From IMG/VR virus record IMGVR_UViG_3300047094_001085: a stretch of DNA of 64,000 nucleotides, one strand, 5' to 3'. Under the pieces are notes generated by a model that was not told where the DNA came from, made no database searches, and saw nothing but the letters and a program-made list of their open reading frames with translations. Position numbers and translations under genes: made by a program. The stretch is from an uncultured virus (IMG/VR IMGVR_UViG_3300047094_001085) (lineage: Duplodnaviria > Heunggongvirae > Uroviricota > Caudoviricetes). Positions 1 through 8,976 of this stretch are shown here, one piece after another. The first letter of the stretch is position 1; each line of letters starts with the position of its first letter.

Positions 1-55
1 TCAGTAGTTTAAGAGACAGAGTTGACTTCTACTTTAAAAAAATACTCTGCGACAG

Positions 56-138
56 GCTGGTGTCGCATAGAGGTTGATTGCACCTGATTTGTAATCAGGA
101 ACCGAAAGGTCACGTTGGTTCGAATCCAATCACCAGCT
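56..138 (+). tRNA. tRNA-Thr(TGT) with atypical long variable arm
   Basis: Acceptor GCTGGTG/CACCAGC; anticodon stem CCTGA/TCAGG with loop TT-TGT-AA; T-arm TTGG-TTCGAAT-CCAA; extra ACC-GAAA-GGT hairpin. Confidence 0.8.
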
Positions 139-364
139 CAGGTCATCCACTTTCGTTCTCTCCGTATGAGGGTATGGGTTCTTGGATGTAAAATGTAGAA
201 CTCGGACGGTTGTAAAAACAACTAAAAGAGAATACGGTCTTTTTACAAATTTTTGTGGGACAAAAAATATGGGTTCTTCGGTGGGCACCGGGTTATTTCT
301 CTTAAAATAACACAACTACTAAAAGTATGGACACATATGGGGAAACCGAACCCGTGTCCTATAT

Positions 365-444
365 AGTCGGGTGGCGGAATTGGATAGACGCGGCCCCGTC
401 GAGGGGTTTAACCGGAATTACAGGTTCGAGTCCTGTCCTGACTA
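365..444 (+). ncRNA. tRNA-like RNA, AGTCRGG family copy 1 (non-canonical anticodon arm)
   Basis: Acceptor AGTCGGG/CCTGACT+A; Leu-type D-arm GGCGGAATTGGATAGACGC; T-arm ACAGG-TTCGAGT-CCTGT; central hairpin lacks U33. Confidence 0.7.
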
Positions 445-446
445 CA

Positions 447-648
447 ATTGAGTGAGAGATACTCAATAGATTTGGTATCGTTTCTTAAACAATGATGTAG
501 CTGACGCCTCAAACGGTTTTACAGAGGGGGTCGTAGGAAAAAAGGGAGTGTACCAACTCACCTCCTAGTAATGGTTGACTTTTAAGCGGTAAGACGCGAT
601 GGGTTTTGAATAGGAAAACTGTGGACATCTACACCAAATTAATCTCAT
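447..648 (+). ncRNA. putative structured RNA between tRNA genes
   Basis: ORF-free and GC-richer than flanks; hairpin ATTGAGT-GAGAGAT-ACTCAAT; long-range GATTTGGT...ACCAAATT pairing. Confidence 0.4.
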
Positions 649-660
649 TGGTGGACAACT

Positions 661-740
661 GCCCCCGTGGTGAAATTGGTAAACACAGCAGGCTTAAAAC
701 TTGCCGCATATGCTTACGAGTTCGAGTCTCGTCGGGGGTA
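661..740 (+). tRNA. tRNA-Leu(TAA)
   Basis: GCCCCCG/CGGGGGT acceptor; GCAGG-CT-TAA-AA-CTTGC anticodon arm; variable arm; TTCGAGT T-loop. Confidence 0.9.
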
Positions 741-754
741 CAAAAATATATATT

Positions 755-940
755 ATGACTATTGAATACTTAAAAGAACACGGAAAGGATGTTTGTGGTG
801 TATGTGAGCCTGCTAATATTGGTGGAAAATACGTAAATCAAACTGTTGATGGTTTAAGACTTTGGAAATGTGAAGGTAGATATTATTGGGTTGAATCCGA
901 TAATGTTTCAATAGTTTATGATACTTTATTAGATGGTTAA
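755..940 (+). CDS. hypothetical protein
   Basis: ORF trimmed to ATG 755 because the upstream part overlaps tRNA-Leu. Confidence 0.55.
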   Translation: MTIEYLKEHGKDVCGVCEPANIGGKYVNQTVDGLRLWKCEGRYYWVESDNVSIVYDTLLDG

Positions 941-1121
941 AAATAACAAACATTAAACCGACAGTGACAAATAGACCAAGTGTGGCACACGTAAAATTGT
1001 ATCAGTCGAAAGTTGAGGTGATAGACCACCATATGTTTGATATTTATATTTAATTGATTATATTACTAATATGAAAAACCAACAACCAAACTCCACATAG
1101 TTTTAGCAGTTAGCTAAGATT

Positions 1122-1352
1122 ATGACTCAGAAATTGAGAATTTGGAGAGTAGTTCCCGTTTATAACGGTGTTCAGGCTCCCACTTTTTTCGTAGAAACTA
1201 CGGAAGAGGGACGTGAGAAGGCAGAGGAATCTGCAATTAAACAAGCACGAATGAAATCGGGCTTAGGAAAGTTCAAACAATGGAACTTTAGATTGGAGAA
1301 ACTCTCTGTGAGGGTTGATAAATTTGGTAGGTATATTAAACACCACCAATAG
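1122..1352 (+). CDS. hypothetical protein
   Basis: 76-aa ORF with phage-like composition. Confidence 0.65.
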   Translation: MTQKLRIWRVVPVYNGVQAPTFFVETTEEGREKAEESAIKQARMKSGLGKFKQWNFRLEKLSVRVDKFGRYIKHHQ

Positions 1353-1442
1353 GTCACAACTAAACCGCTGGGGGTTTCAAATTACTCAGTGTACTTTTTA
1401 GGTTAAAGTCATGTAGGGTGTTTACACCAAAACCTAATTTTT

Positions 1443-1518
1443 GTCCTATTAGCTCAGTCCGGTTAGTAGCAGTTCGCTCATAACGAAAAGGTCACAGGTT
1501 CGAATCCTGTATAGGACA
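1443..1518 (+). tRNA. tRNA-Met/Ile2(CAT)
   Basis: GTCCTAT/ATAGGAC acceptor; loop CT-CAT-AA; ACAGG-TTCGAAT-CCTGT T-arm. Confidence 0.88.
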
Positions 1519-1522
1519 CAAT

Positions 1523-1550
1523 AACCTTCAAGGAAACTTGGGGGTTTTTT
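1523..1550 (+). terminator. intrinsic terminator closing the tRNA cluster
   Basis: AACCTTCAAG-GAAA-CTTGGGGGTT followed by a T-tract. Confidence 0.75.
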
Positions 1551-1572
1551 ATTTTATAAGATATTTATAGTC

Positions 1573-2598
1573 ATGCCAAACTCAATAAAATATAACGTAA
1601 GTGCGGAAACATTAGCTCTCAAGAAAGGAAACTTTTGGATTGGGACAGGTGATGTTGGAAAAGGACCAACTAGTTCAACGGGGTTTTATAATGGGATAAC
1701 GCCACCACCAGAAGGTTATACAATATATCTTAATAAAGTGAGTGGTGGTCCAACTATCTATACCGCAACAAACGATGCTCAATTAATAAGTATTACAAAT
1801 TTAATTGCTGGTGCATCATATACAACTGTTGCTCAATGTTTGACATATTATGCCGGACAAACTGACAAGATGATTTTTAATATTGATTATCCACCAATTG
1901 TCACCAATGGTTTAACCGCTTGTTTAGATGTTACTAATATATTGAGTTATCCTAATACAGGTAATATTTGGTATGATTTAAGTGGAAGTGATAATAATGG
2001 TAGTTTAGCAATTGGTTCACCAACATACACAACTTTTGAGGGTAAAAGGACCATTAGATTTTCAAATCTTAATAAAACAGTATACCAAGGTAATCATGAT
2101 GGATTTATACTTAATAGCAACCCAGGAATAACAGCGGCAGGAACAAGTTTTACATTTGAAGCGTGGTTTTATCAATTAAGTGCTAACCAAGGAGGGACTG
2201 TAATATTGGCGAATGCTGGTGGTTGTGATGGATATAGATGGGGCCCCAATGGTAGTTTTACTTATTGGTTATTGGGTAATTCTGATTGTAGTCAATATTC
2301 TGAAGGAGGAATTAATGTTTCAACCTCATTTATTGGTAGGTGGGTTCAGATGGTTGGAATATTTGATAGGGCAAATACTTTAGGAGGTGGGGCTAAATTT
2401 TATAGTTATGTAAATAATAGTTTAGAAGGAAGTGTAGGGACATACACACCAACAATTCAATTAGGTAGTCCTGGTATTGTAAATTGTTGTGGTGCGTTTG
2501 ATGGTTATTTATCTGTTGTTCGTGTTTATAATAGAGCTTTAACTCAAACAGAAATTACACAAAATTGGAACGCTCAAAAATCATATTTTGGATTATGA
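1573..2598 (+). CDS. LamG/concanavalin A-like lectin domain virion protein
   Basis: GLTACLD..SYP..G..WYDLSG and VRVYNRALTQTEI..NWNA motifs typical of phage LamG-fold proteins; TATTTAT upstream. Confidence 0.75.
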   Translation: MPNSIKYNVSAETLALKKGNFWIGTGDVGKGPTSSTGFYNGITPPPEGYTIYLNKVSGGPTIYTATNDAQLISITNLIAGASYTTVAQCLTYYAGQTDKMIFNIDYPPIVTNGLTACLDVTNILSYPNTGNIWYDLSGSDNNGSLAIGSPTYTTFEGKRTIRFSNLNKTVYQGNHDGFILNSNPGITAAGTSFTFEAWFYQLSANQGGTVILANAGGCDGYRWGPNGSFTYWLLGNSDCSQYSEGGINVSTSFIGRWVQMVGIFDRANTLGGGAKFYSYVNNSLEGSVGTYTPTIQLGSPGIVNCCGAFDGYLSVVRVYNRALTQTEITQNWNAQKSYFGL

Positions 2599-2759
2599 CA
2601 ATAATAAATTTTTATTTTACAGTAACAGGAGGTTGGATTGAATACCTTCAAAATGGACAAACAATAAAAGAGTTGTTTGATACTTCAGAATCTTTATATG
2701 ATTTTATAAAAAAAAATAATTTACCTTTAACTTATTCAGGTTGTTTAACTTGTAAATAA
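2595..2759 (+). CDS. small hypothetical protein
   Basis: ATGA overlap with the previous stop; C-terminal CxxC. Confidence 0.45.
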   Translation: MTIINFYFTVTGGWIEYLQNGQTIKELFDTSESLYDFIKKNNLPLTYSGCLTCK

Positions 2760-2941
2760 AAATGTTCAACAGGTACCAATGCAATAAAGTAATTTACTTT
2801 ATTATTGATTAAAAACAAATTGTCCTTATATTTATTAATGAAACCTTGTTGCTGAGGTTCACGTGTCCACAGAGGCATTTGAGTTGGAAATGATACCAAC
2901 GAAGTGAAGTTCAATAAACATAAAAATAAAATAAGGAAATT

Positions 2942-3808
2942 ATGTATTACCAAACAAAAACAGGTACGCCTTGTGCGTACATCTCAAAAGACAGAAAACG
3001 TCTTAAACAATTTGGACAAACTGTCTATCTAAACAACGGGGAAGAATTCGAACTAGAATTATTTAACCCATCATCAACCACAGTATTAGCGAAAATCAAA
3101 CTTGACGGAAATTATATTTCCGGAGGAGGAATTGTTCTTAAACCGGGACAAAGAGTATTTCTTGAGAGATACCTTGACGACGCTCGTAAATTTAAGTTTG
3201 AAACTTATGAAGTTGACGGAACATCAAATGAGGTATTGGATGCTATCTCCGGAAATGGGGATGTTGTTATTGACTTCTTTGATGAATATAAACAACCGGT
3301 GTGGAATAACCCTATAACTTATGTTGGTGGTTCATTCGGTGGACCAATTCACATTTATGGAAGTAATACTCTTAACACAAATTATGTGAATGGTATGACA
3401 ACAACCACAAATGGTAATGTATCATTTACATCATCAAGTAATACTGCGGGAGTTAATTTTAATACTACTTCAATAAGTAATACTTTTGCAGGACCAAACT
3501 TAAGAAGTGCGACTTCAAGATTAAAAAAATCTAAACCTAATTCTCGTAGTGAGGTTACTATGGATATGTTATCTATGGACTCTATTGAAACCGGTAGAGT
3601 TGAAAAAGGTGGCTCATCTGACCAATCTTTTAAAACTGTGGATAAAAATTTTAATCATCACACTTGTGCAAGTTCTGTATGGAAGATTCTACCTATGTCA
3701 CAAAAGGTATATGAGAAACAAGACCTAAAAGTATATTGTACTAACTGTGGAAAAAAAAGAAAAAAGGATTCCGATAAATTTTGTTCTTCTTGTGGGAACA
3801 AATTCTAA
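2942..3808 (+). CDS. hypothetical protein with C-terminal zinc ribbon
   Basis: 288 aa; CTNCG...FCSSCG zinc ribbon. Confidence 0.8.
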   Translation: MYYQTKTGTPCAYISKDRKRLKQFGQTVYLNNGEEFELELFNPSSTTVLAKIKLDGNYISGGGIVLKPGQRVFLERYLDDARKFKFETYEVDGTSNEVLDAISGNGDVVIDFFDEYKQPVWNNPITYVGGSFGGPIHIYGSNTLNTNYVNGMTTTTNGNVSFTSSSNTAGVNFNTTSISNTFAGPNLRSATSRLKKSKPNSRSEVTMDMLSMDSIETGRVEKGGSSDQSFKTVDKNFNHHTCASSVWKILPMSQKVYEKQDLKVYCTNCGKKRKKDSDKFCSSCGNKF

Positions 3809-3911
3809 AAAATAAACTAATAACAAGGTTTCAAATTAAATCCATCATTTTTTCGTGATGGATTTTTTTATATTAAAAATTTGACTATCTTTGTAAAAAA
3901 ATATATAAAGT

Positions 3912-4385
3912 ATGAAAAGAATTTTTATTGATATGGATGGTGTGTTGGTCGATTTAGGTGCAGAATTCGATAAATGGTTCGATGAACATCCAAATTTAGT
4001 CCACAAGTATAAACATAGTCCAGACCATATTCCAGGTATTTTTAGAGACCCTAAACCATATGATGGTGCTATTGAAGCAATCAATAAGTTGGTTGAGAGT
4101 GGTAAGTATGAATTATTAATTGCGACAGCCGCTCCATGGGGAAACCCATATGCTTCAACAGATAAGAGGTATTGGATTGAAAAATATTTTGGTAGGTTGT
4201 TTCACAAGAAAATGGTAATAACTCACCGAAAAGATTTATTACTTGGTGATTATTTAATTGATGATAGAACGGCAAACGGTGCCGGAGAGTTCACCGGTGA
4301 ATTAATTCATTTCGGTTGGAATTATGAGAAAAAAGTTTGGAATGAATATCCTGATTGGGATAGTGTATTAAAAAAATTATTATAA
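3912..4385 (+). CDS. 5'(3')-deoxyribonucleotidase (HAD, NT5C family)
   Basis: IFIDMDGVL, TAAPW, K..W and LIDDR motifs. Confidence 0.85.
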   Translation: MKRIFIDMDGVLVDLGAEFDKWFDEHPNLVHKYKHSPDHIPGIFRDPKPYDGAIEAINKLVESGKYELLIATAAPWGNPYASTDKRYWIEKYFGRLFHKKMVITHRKDLLLGDYLIDDRTANGAGEFTGELIHFGWNYEKKVWNEYPDWDSVLKKLL

Positions 4386-4386
4386 A

Positions 4387-4857
4387 ATGGAAAATAATGT
4401 AAAACCACCTTACCGTATCTATTTAGATGACGTAAGAACTCCAACGGGAGATAATTGGATTGTTGTAAGAAATTACGATGAATTTGTTAGTGAAGTAAAT
4501 AAAGTTGGGTTAGAAAATATTGATATAATATCTTTGGACCACGATTTGGGAGATACTGCAATGAATGAGTATTTCAATAATGTTTCTCCAAATTATACTT
4601 TGGATTATAACAATATTGAAGAAAAAACGGGATATGATGCAGCTAAATTCTTGGTTGCATTATTTCACAACACTAATGAAGCTCGTTTTAATATGAGTCG
4701 AAGTGAAAGAAAGGCAAACAAATTTGTGTTTCCAATTGTGTATGTTCATTCAGCAAACCCTATCGGGAGTGCGAACATTATGGGATATTTGAACAATTTT
4801 TATATGAACGAGGGTCAAGCACAAACTTGTGTTAGAGTCCAAATACCACACGTATAA
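4387..4857 (+). CDS. cyclic-phosphate-processing receiver-domain protein
   Basis: IYLDDVRTP, ISLDHDLG, TGYD and HSANPIG motifs. Confidence 0.75.
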   Translation: MENNVKPPYRIYLDDVRTPTGDNWIVVRNYDEFVSEVNKVGLENIDIISLDHDLGDTAMNEYFNNVSPNYTLDYNNIEEKTGYDAAKFLVALFHNTNEARFNMSRSERKANKFVFPIVYVHSANPIGSANIMGYLNNFYMNEGQAQTCVRVQIPHV

Positions 4858-5354
4858 TGAATATATTTTTCTTGGATGAAAATCCTACATTGTCGGCTCA
4901 ATACCACGTAGACAAACACGTAGTAAAAATGATATTGGAAACTGCTCAGTTACTATGTTCGGTTCATCACGTAACCGAACAAGTAACCGAACAAGTACCG
5001 TACAAGTTGTCACATAAAAATCACCCTTGTGCTGTTTGGGCTCGTCAGAGTTTATCAAATTATTTGTACTTGTGTGAGTTGGGATTGGAGTTAGGAAAAG
5101 AATATACTCACAGGTATGGTAAGAAACATAAATCAATTCAGGTTATTGAATGGTGTATTATAAATAAACCAAACATCCCGGACATTGGTTTTACTACTCC
5201 GGCTATGGCAATGCCGGATGAGTTTAAAGTAGATTCTGTTGTAGAATCTTACAGAAATTATTATATGGGTGCTAAAATTAGTTTAGCGTCTTGGAAAAAT
5301 AGAGAAAAACCTTTTTGGTTTGGAAAAAAAGAATTACATTTGCAGTATGATTAA
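4857..5354 (+). CDS. pyrimidine-dimer DNA glycosylase/endonuclease V family protein
   Basis: MNIFFLD, DKHVVKMILETAQLL and HKNHPC motifs. Confidence 0.75.
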   Translation: MNIFFLDENPTLSAQYHVDKHVVKMILETAQLLCSVHHVTEQVTEQVPYKLSHKNHPCAVWARQSLSNYLYLCELGLELGKEYTHRYGKKHKSIQVIEWCIINKPNIPDIGFTTPAMAMPDEFKVDSVVESYRNYYMGAKISLASWKNREKPFWFGKKELHLQYD

Positions 5355-6009
5355 GATAGAGAAAGATAGAAAAGTTTTTATTACGTCCGATACACATTAC
5401 GGACATAAAAACATTTGCCGTGGAGTAACGGCTTGGAGATTACCGGATGGTAGCATTCCTGAATCACAGACAAGAAATTTTGAAACAATTGATGAAATGA
5501 ATGATGTAATCATCAACAACATCAATTCAGTTGTTGGTCAAGATGATGTATTAATTCACTTGGGTGACTGGTCTTTTGGAGGATTTGAAAATATTCAAAA
5601 ATTCAGAGATAGAATTTTGTGTAAAGAGATTCACCTTATATTGGGTAACCACGACCACCACATTGAAAACAACCGAGAGGATTGTCAGGAAATGTTTGCA
5701 AGTGTTAATCACTACACAAAATTAATGTATAAGTTTGAGACATTGGTTTTAATGCACTATCCAATTGATTCTTGGGATGGGTTAAACAAAGGACACATCC
5801 ACTTACACGGACACTGTCACTTACCTCAAACAAAAATTTTTGGTAAAGGCCGTAGAATGGATGTAGGAATGGATGGTAGTTTGTTCTTTTCACCATACGA
5901 TTTAAGTAACGTAATTAAGATTGTTAAGGAAAGAGAGATTCGTTCAAATATGGATGGTGACCACCACACAGATGAGGTAATAACTGAAGATGGTAAAAAA
6001 AGAAAGTGA
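5347..6009 (+). CDS. calcineurin-like metallophosphoesterase
   Basis: SDTHYGH, HLGD, GNHD, HYP and HGHCH motifs; ATG start at 5347. Confidence 0.88.
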   Translation: MIKIEKDRKVFITSDTHYGHKNICRGVTAWRLPDGSIPESQTRNFETIDEMNDVIINNINSVVGQDDVLIHLGDWSFGGFENIQKFRDRILCKEIHLILGNHDHHIENNREDCQEMFASVNHYTKLMYKFETLVLMHYPIDSWDGLNKGHIHLHGHCHLPQTKIFGKGRRMDVGMDGSLFFSPYDLSNVIKIVKEREIRSNMDGDHHTDEVITEDGKKRK

Positions 6010-6010
6010 T

Positions 6011-6301
6011 ATGAGAGTTAAAGAAACAAAAACAGATTTATTCATATGTTCCTGTCATAGTACAGAACATCAAATGGTTGTATTATATTCTGAAGACGAA
6101 ATTGATGGTATGACATATCCTATGGTTTATATTCACACACATCTTAATAAAAGACCATTTTGGCAAAGAGTTGGTTATGGATTAAGATATATTTTTGGGA
6201 GACAATGTAGATATGGTGCCTTTGATGAATTCATAATTAAATCGGAGGATGTTAAAGGTCTTGAAAAAATTATTAAACATTTAAAAGAATGTGAGGTATG
6301 A
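6011..6301 (+). CDS. hypothetical protein
   Basis: ORF in operon, start taken at the second Met. Confidence 0.6.
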   Translation: MRVKETKTDLFICSCHSTEHQMVVLYSEDEIDGMTYPMVYIHTHLNKRPFWQRVGYGLRYIFGRQCRYGAFDEFIIKSEDVKGLEKIIKHLKECEV

Positions 6302-6507
6302 TAAAAAATTTAATAATATTATTTTTATTTTTCACTTTGGTGTCTTGTGAAGCTGAAAAAAGAATTTATGAACATTCATATACTGATGAATGGTATTATA
6401 TTGACACGATGAGATTTCAGGTTTACAAAACCAAATCAGGTAAAAGATATATCCTTGTGTTAAATGAACAACAAACAAAATATAAACGACAATACATAAA
6501 ATTATGA
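6298..6507 (+). CDS. small putative lipoprotein
   Basis: hydrophobic signal peptide with LVSC lipobox. Confidence 0.55.
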   Translation: MIKNLIILFLFFTLVSCEAEKRIYEHSYTDEWYYIDTMRFQVYKTKSGKRYILVLNEQQTKYKRQYIKL

Positions 6508-6905
6508 AAGAATTATTTTTATTAAGAGGATTACCGGGAAGTGGTAAATCAACATTGGCAAAATCAATCGGTGGTATTCATATTGAAGCTGATATGTTTT
6601 TTATGAAAGATGGTGAATATCAATTTGATTTTACAAAATTAAAAGACGCTCACGCTTGGTGTCAAGAAAGTACTGAAAAAAGTATGAGAGCACTTGATAA
6701 TCCTAAAATTGGGACTAAGAGAATTATTGTATCAAACACATTCACACAAGAGTGGGAAATGACACCTTATTTTGAATTAGCGGAAAAATATGGATACAGA
6801 GTTCATTCACTTATCGTAGAAAACAGACACGGAGGAGTTAATCAACACGGGGTTCCGGAAGATAAGTTGGAAATAATGAAAAATCGTTTTGAAGTTAAAC
6901 TTTAA
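6504..6905 (+). CDS. polynucleotide kinase-like P-loop protein (AAA_33)
   Basis: RGLPGSGKST Walker A; EAD, VSNTF and HGVP motifs. Confidence 0.8.
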   Translation: MKELFLLRGLPGSGKSTLAKSIGGIHIEADMFFMKDGEYQFDFTKLKDAHAWCQESTEKSMRALDNPKIGTKRIIVSNTFTQEWEMTPYFELAEKYGYRVHSLIVENRHGGVNQHGVPEDKLEIMKNRFEVKL

Positions 6906-6938
6906 TTCCGTATCTTTGACCCACAAAATTATTTAATT

Positions 6939-7268
6939 ATGAGCGGAGGAGCATTTGATTACAACCAATATAAAATTGGTTATATCGCAGACCAAATAGA
7001 AGAGGTTATTGTGAAGAATGGTGTTAAGAAAACACCGGAAGAAATTAAAGATGAAGGTTGGAGAGACGATTCTTGGTATGAAAAATATCCCGAAGATAAA
7101 TTCCATTACAAATATCCGGATGAGGTTATTGAGAAGATGAAAGAGGCGGTTAAGTCTCTTAAAATTGCTCAAGAATATGCTCAACGAGTGGATTGGTTAT
7201 TATCGGGTGATGACAGTGAAGAATCATTCTTAAGTAGATTAGAAGAGAATTTAAAAAAAATAGAATAA
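6939..7268 (+). CDS. hypothetical protein
   Basis: MSGGAFDY...RVDWLLSGDD; coherent ORF. Confidence 0.7.
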   Translation: MSGGAFDYNQYKIGYIADQIEEVIVKNGVKKTPEEIKDEGWRDDSWYEKYPEDKFHYKYPDEVIEKMKEAVKSLKIAQEYAQRVDWLLSGDDSEESFLSRLEENLKKIE

Positions 7269-7269
7269 A

Positions 7270-8295
7270 ATGTTAGAAAAACTAAACAAATATTACGAAG
7301 ACGGATTACTTTACAAACAAGTACATCCATCACTTCCATTAACCATATGGAATTATACTGAAAAAGTTCAGTACGAGAACCTATGGGATGAGGTGACCCT
7401 GATGTGTAGAGGTTTAGTTACCGATAACGAAGGGAATATGGTTGCAATACCATTTCAAAAGTTCTTCAATATAGAAGAAGGTAAATTTACACCAACTGAA
7501 AATTTTGAAGTTTATGAAAAGATGGATGGTTCATTAGGGATTGTGTTTTGGTATCAAGGTCAATGGGTGGTAGCCACTCGTGGTTCATTCACTTCTGACC
7601 AAGCAATCAAGGCGACAGAAATCCTTAAAAAATATAACAAAGATATTATGTTCAGACATTTAACTTTCTGTTTTGAAATTATCTATCCGGAGAACAGAAT
7701 TGTTTTGGATTATGGTAATGATGAGAAACTAGTTCTATTAGGGACATTTGATAAGAACGGAAAAGAAACTGATTCTGAAATTTGGTCACAATGGGGGTTT
7801 GATGTGGTTAAAAAATATGACGGTATCACCGACTACAAACAACTAAAAGAAATGGTTAAAAACGACCAAGAAGGTTTTGTGGTAAAGTTCTCCAATGGAG
7901 ATAGAATCAAAGTTAAAGGGGTTGAATATCTACGTCTTCACAAAATTATGACCAACGTTACCACAACCGGTATTTGGGAGTATTTGAAAAATGGTGAGGA
8001 TGTGATGGAGTTATTAAAAGATGTTCCGGATGAATTCTATAAAAAAATTCAAAACTATGTTAAAGATTTGAGATATTCTTACTTCCAAATATCTGAAGAT
8101 GCAGGTAAAAAGTTTGATTATATGATGTATGGGAAATATAACGACAAAGAACCTATCACAGATAGAAAAGAGTTTGCTGAGTGGGTATCAACCCAACCAA
8201 AACATTTGTCAGGGATTCTATTTAGAATGTTAGATAAAAAAGATTACTCTGAAATCATATGGAACCTAATCAGACCGGAATTTAAAAAATTGTAA
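7270..8295 (+). CDS. RNA ligase, T4 Rnl1/RnlA family
   Basis: CRGLV, KFFN, EKMDGS (motif I), ATRGSF, EGFVV and KVK motifs. Confidence 0.88.
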   Translation: MLEKLNKYYEDGLLYKQVHPSLPLTIWNYTEKVQYENLWDEVTLMCRGLVTDNEGNMVAIPFQKFFNIEEGKFTPTENFEVYEKMDGSLGIVFWYQGQWVVATRGSFTSDQAIKATEILKKYNKDIMFRHLTFCFEIIYPENRIVLDYGNDEKLVLLGTFDKNGKETDSEIWSQWGFDVVKKYDGITDYKQLKEMVKNDQEGFVVKFSNGDRIKVKGVEYLRLHKIMTNVTTTGIWEYLKNGEDVMELLKDVPDEFYKKIQNYVKDLRYSYFQISEDAGKKFDYMMYGKYNDKEPITDRKEFAEWVSTQPKHLSGILFRMLDKKDYSEIIWNLIRPEFKKL

Positions 8296-8369
8296 AAAAG
8301 TGGGGCGTTAGTTCCACTTTTTTTATTTAATTACTATTTATAAGTTATATAAAACATTAAGTTAAAATT

Positions 8370-8975
8370 ATGAGTGTATCTATAATAGTAGCGTTTATCA
8401 CGGGGGTTTTAGGTCCTATTCTATTATTATTCATTAAGAATAAATTAGAAAAAAAAGCAGAAAAGCCGGATATGGTATTGGAAACGTTAAAAGTCAGTGA
8501 GCTTGTAATGACCAAATTAGACCATATAAAGGAAGAATATAAAGGAGATAGAGTATGGGTTGCACAATTCCACAATGGAGGTAATTTCTATCCAACCGGA
8601 AAATCAATGGCAAAGTTCAGTATTATATATGAATCTGTTGCTCCGTCAGTATCATCAATACAAGGAAATTTTCACAATATACCTGTTAATTTATTTAGCC
8701 GTTCAATTAATCAATTATTAGAACATGATACAATTGAAATTCCTGATTTTAAAGATGATACAGTAGCGACTTTTGGTTTAAAATATATTGCAGAAGATAC
8801 CGGATGTAAATCAGGATATCTTTTTGCGATAAAATGTATTGAAGGTAGATTTATTGGAATGTTAGGAATTGATTATACCAAGAAAAAAACAAAATTAAAC
8901 GAAGAAACTGTAACTCAATTATTGGTTCAGTCAACATCAATTGGTGGTGTGTTAATGAACCACTTACAACAATAA
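8370..8975 (+). CDS. membrane-anchored GAF-like protein (possible holin)
   Basis: single N-terminal TM helix followed by a GAF-like alpha/beta domain (FHNGG, GMLGIDY). Confidence 0.5.
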   Translation: MSVSIIVAFITGVLGPILLLFIKNKLEKKAEKPDMVLETLKVSELVMTKLDHIKEEYKGDRVWVAQFHNGGNFYPTGKSMAKFSIIYESVAPSVSSIQGNFHNIPVNLFSRSINQLLEHDTIEIPDFKDDTVATFGLKYIAEDTGCKSGYLFAIKCIEGRFIGMLGIDYTKKKTKLNEETVTQLLVQSTSIGGVLMNHLQQ

Positions 8976-8976
8976 T

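Noticed and set aside
48..67. TGCGACA/TGTCGCA pairing between the leader and the tRNA-Thr 5' strand
   Set aside because: Only 7 bp, and the upstream context is cut by the window edge.
365..444. Ordinary tRNA-Arg(TCG)
   Set aside because: The loop would have G at position 33 and the body is Leu-type; it was treated as tRNA-like instead.
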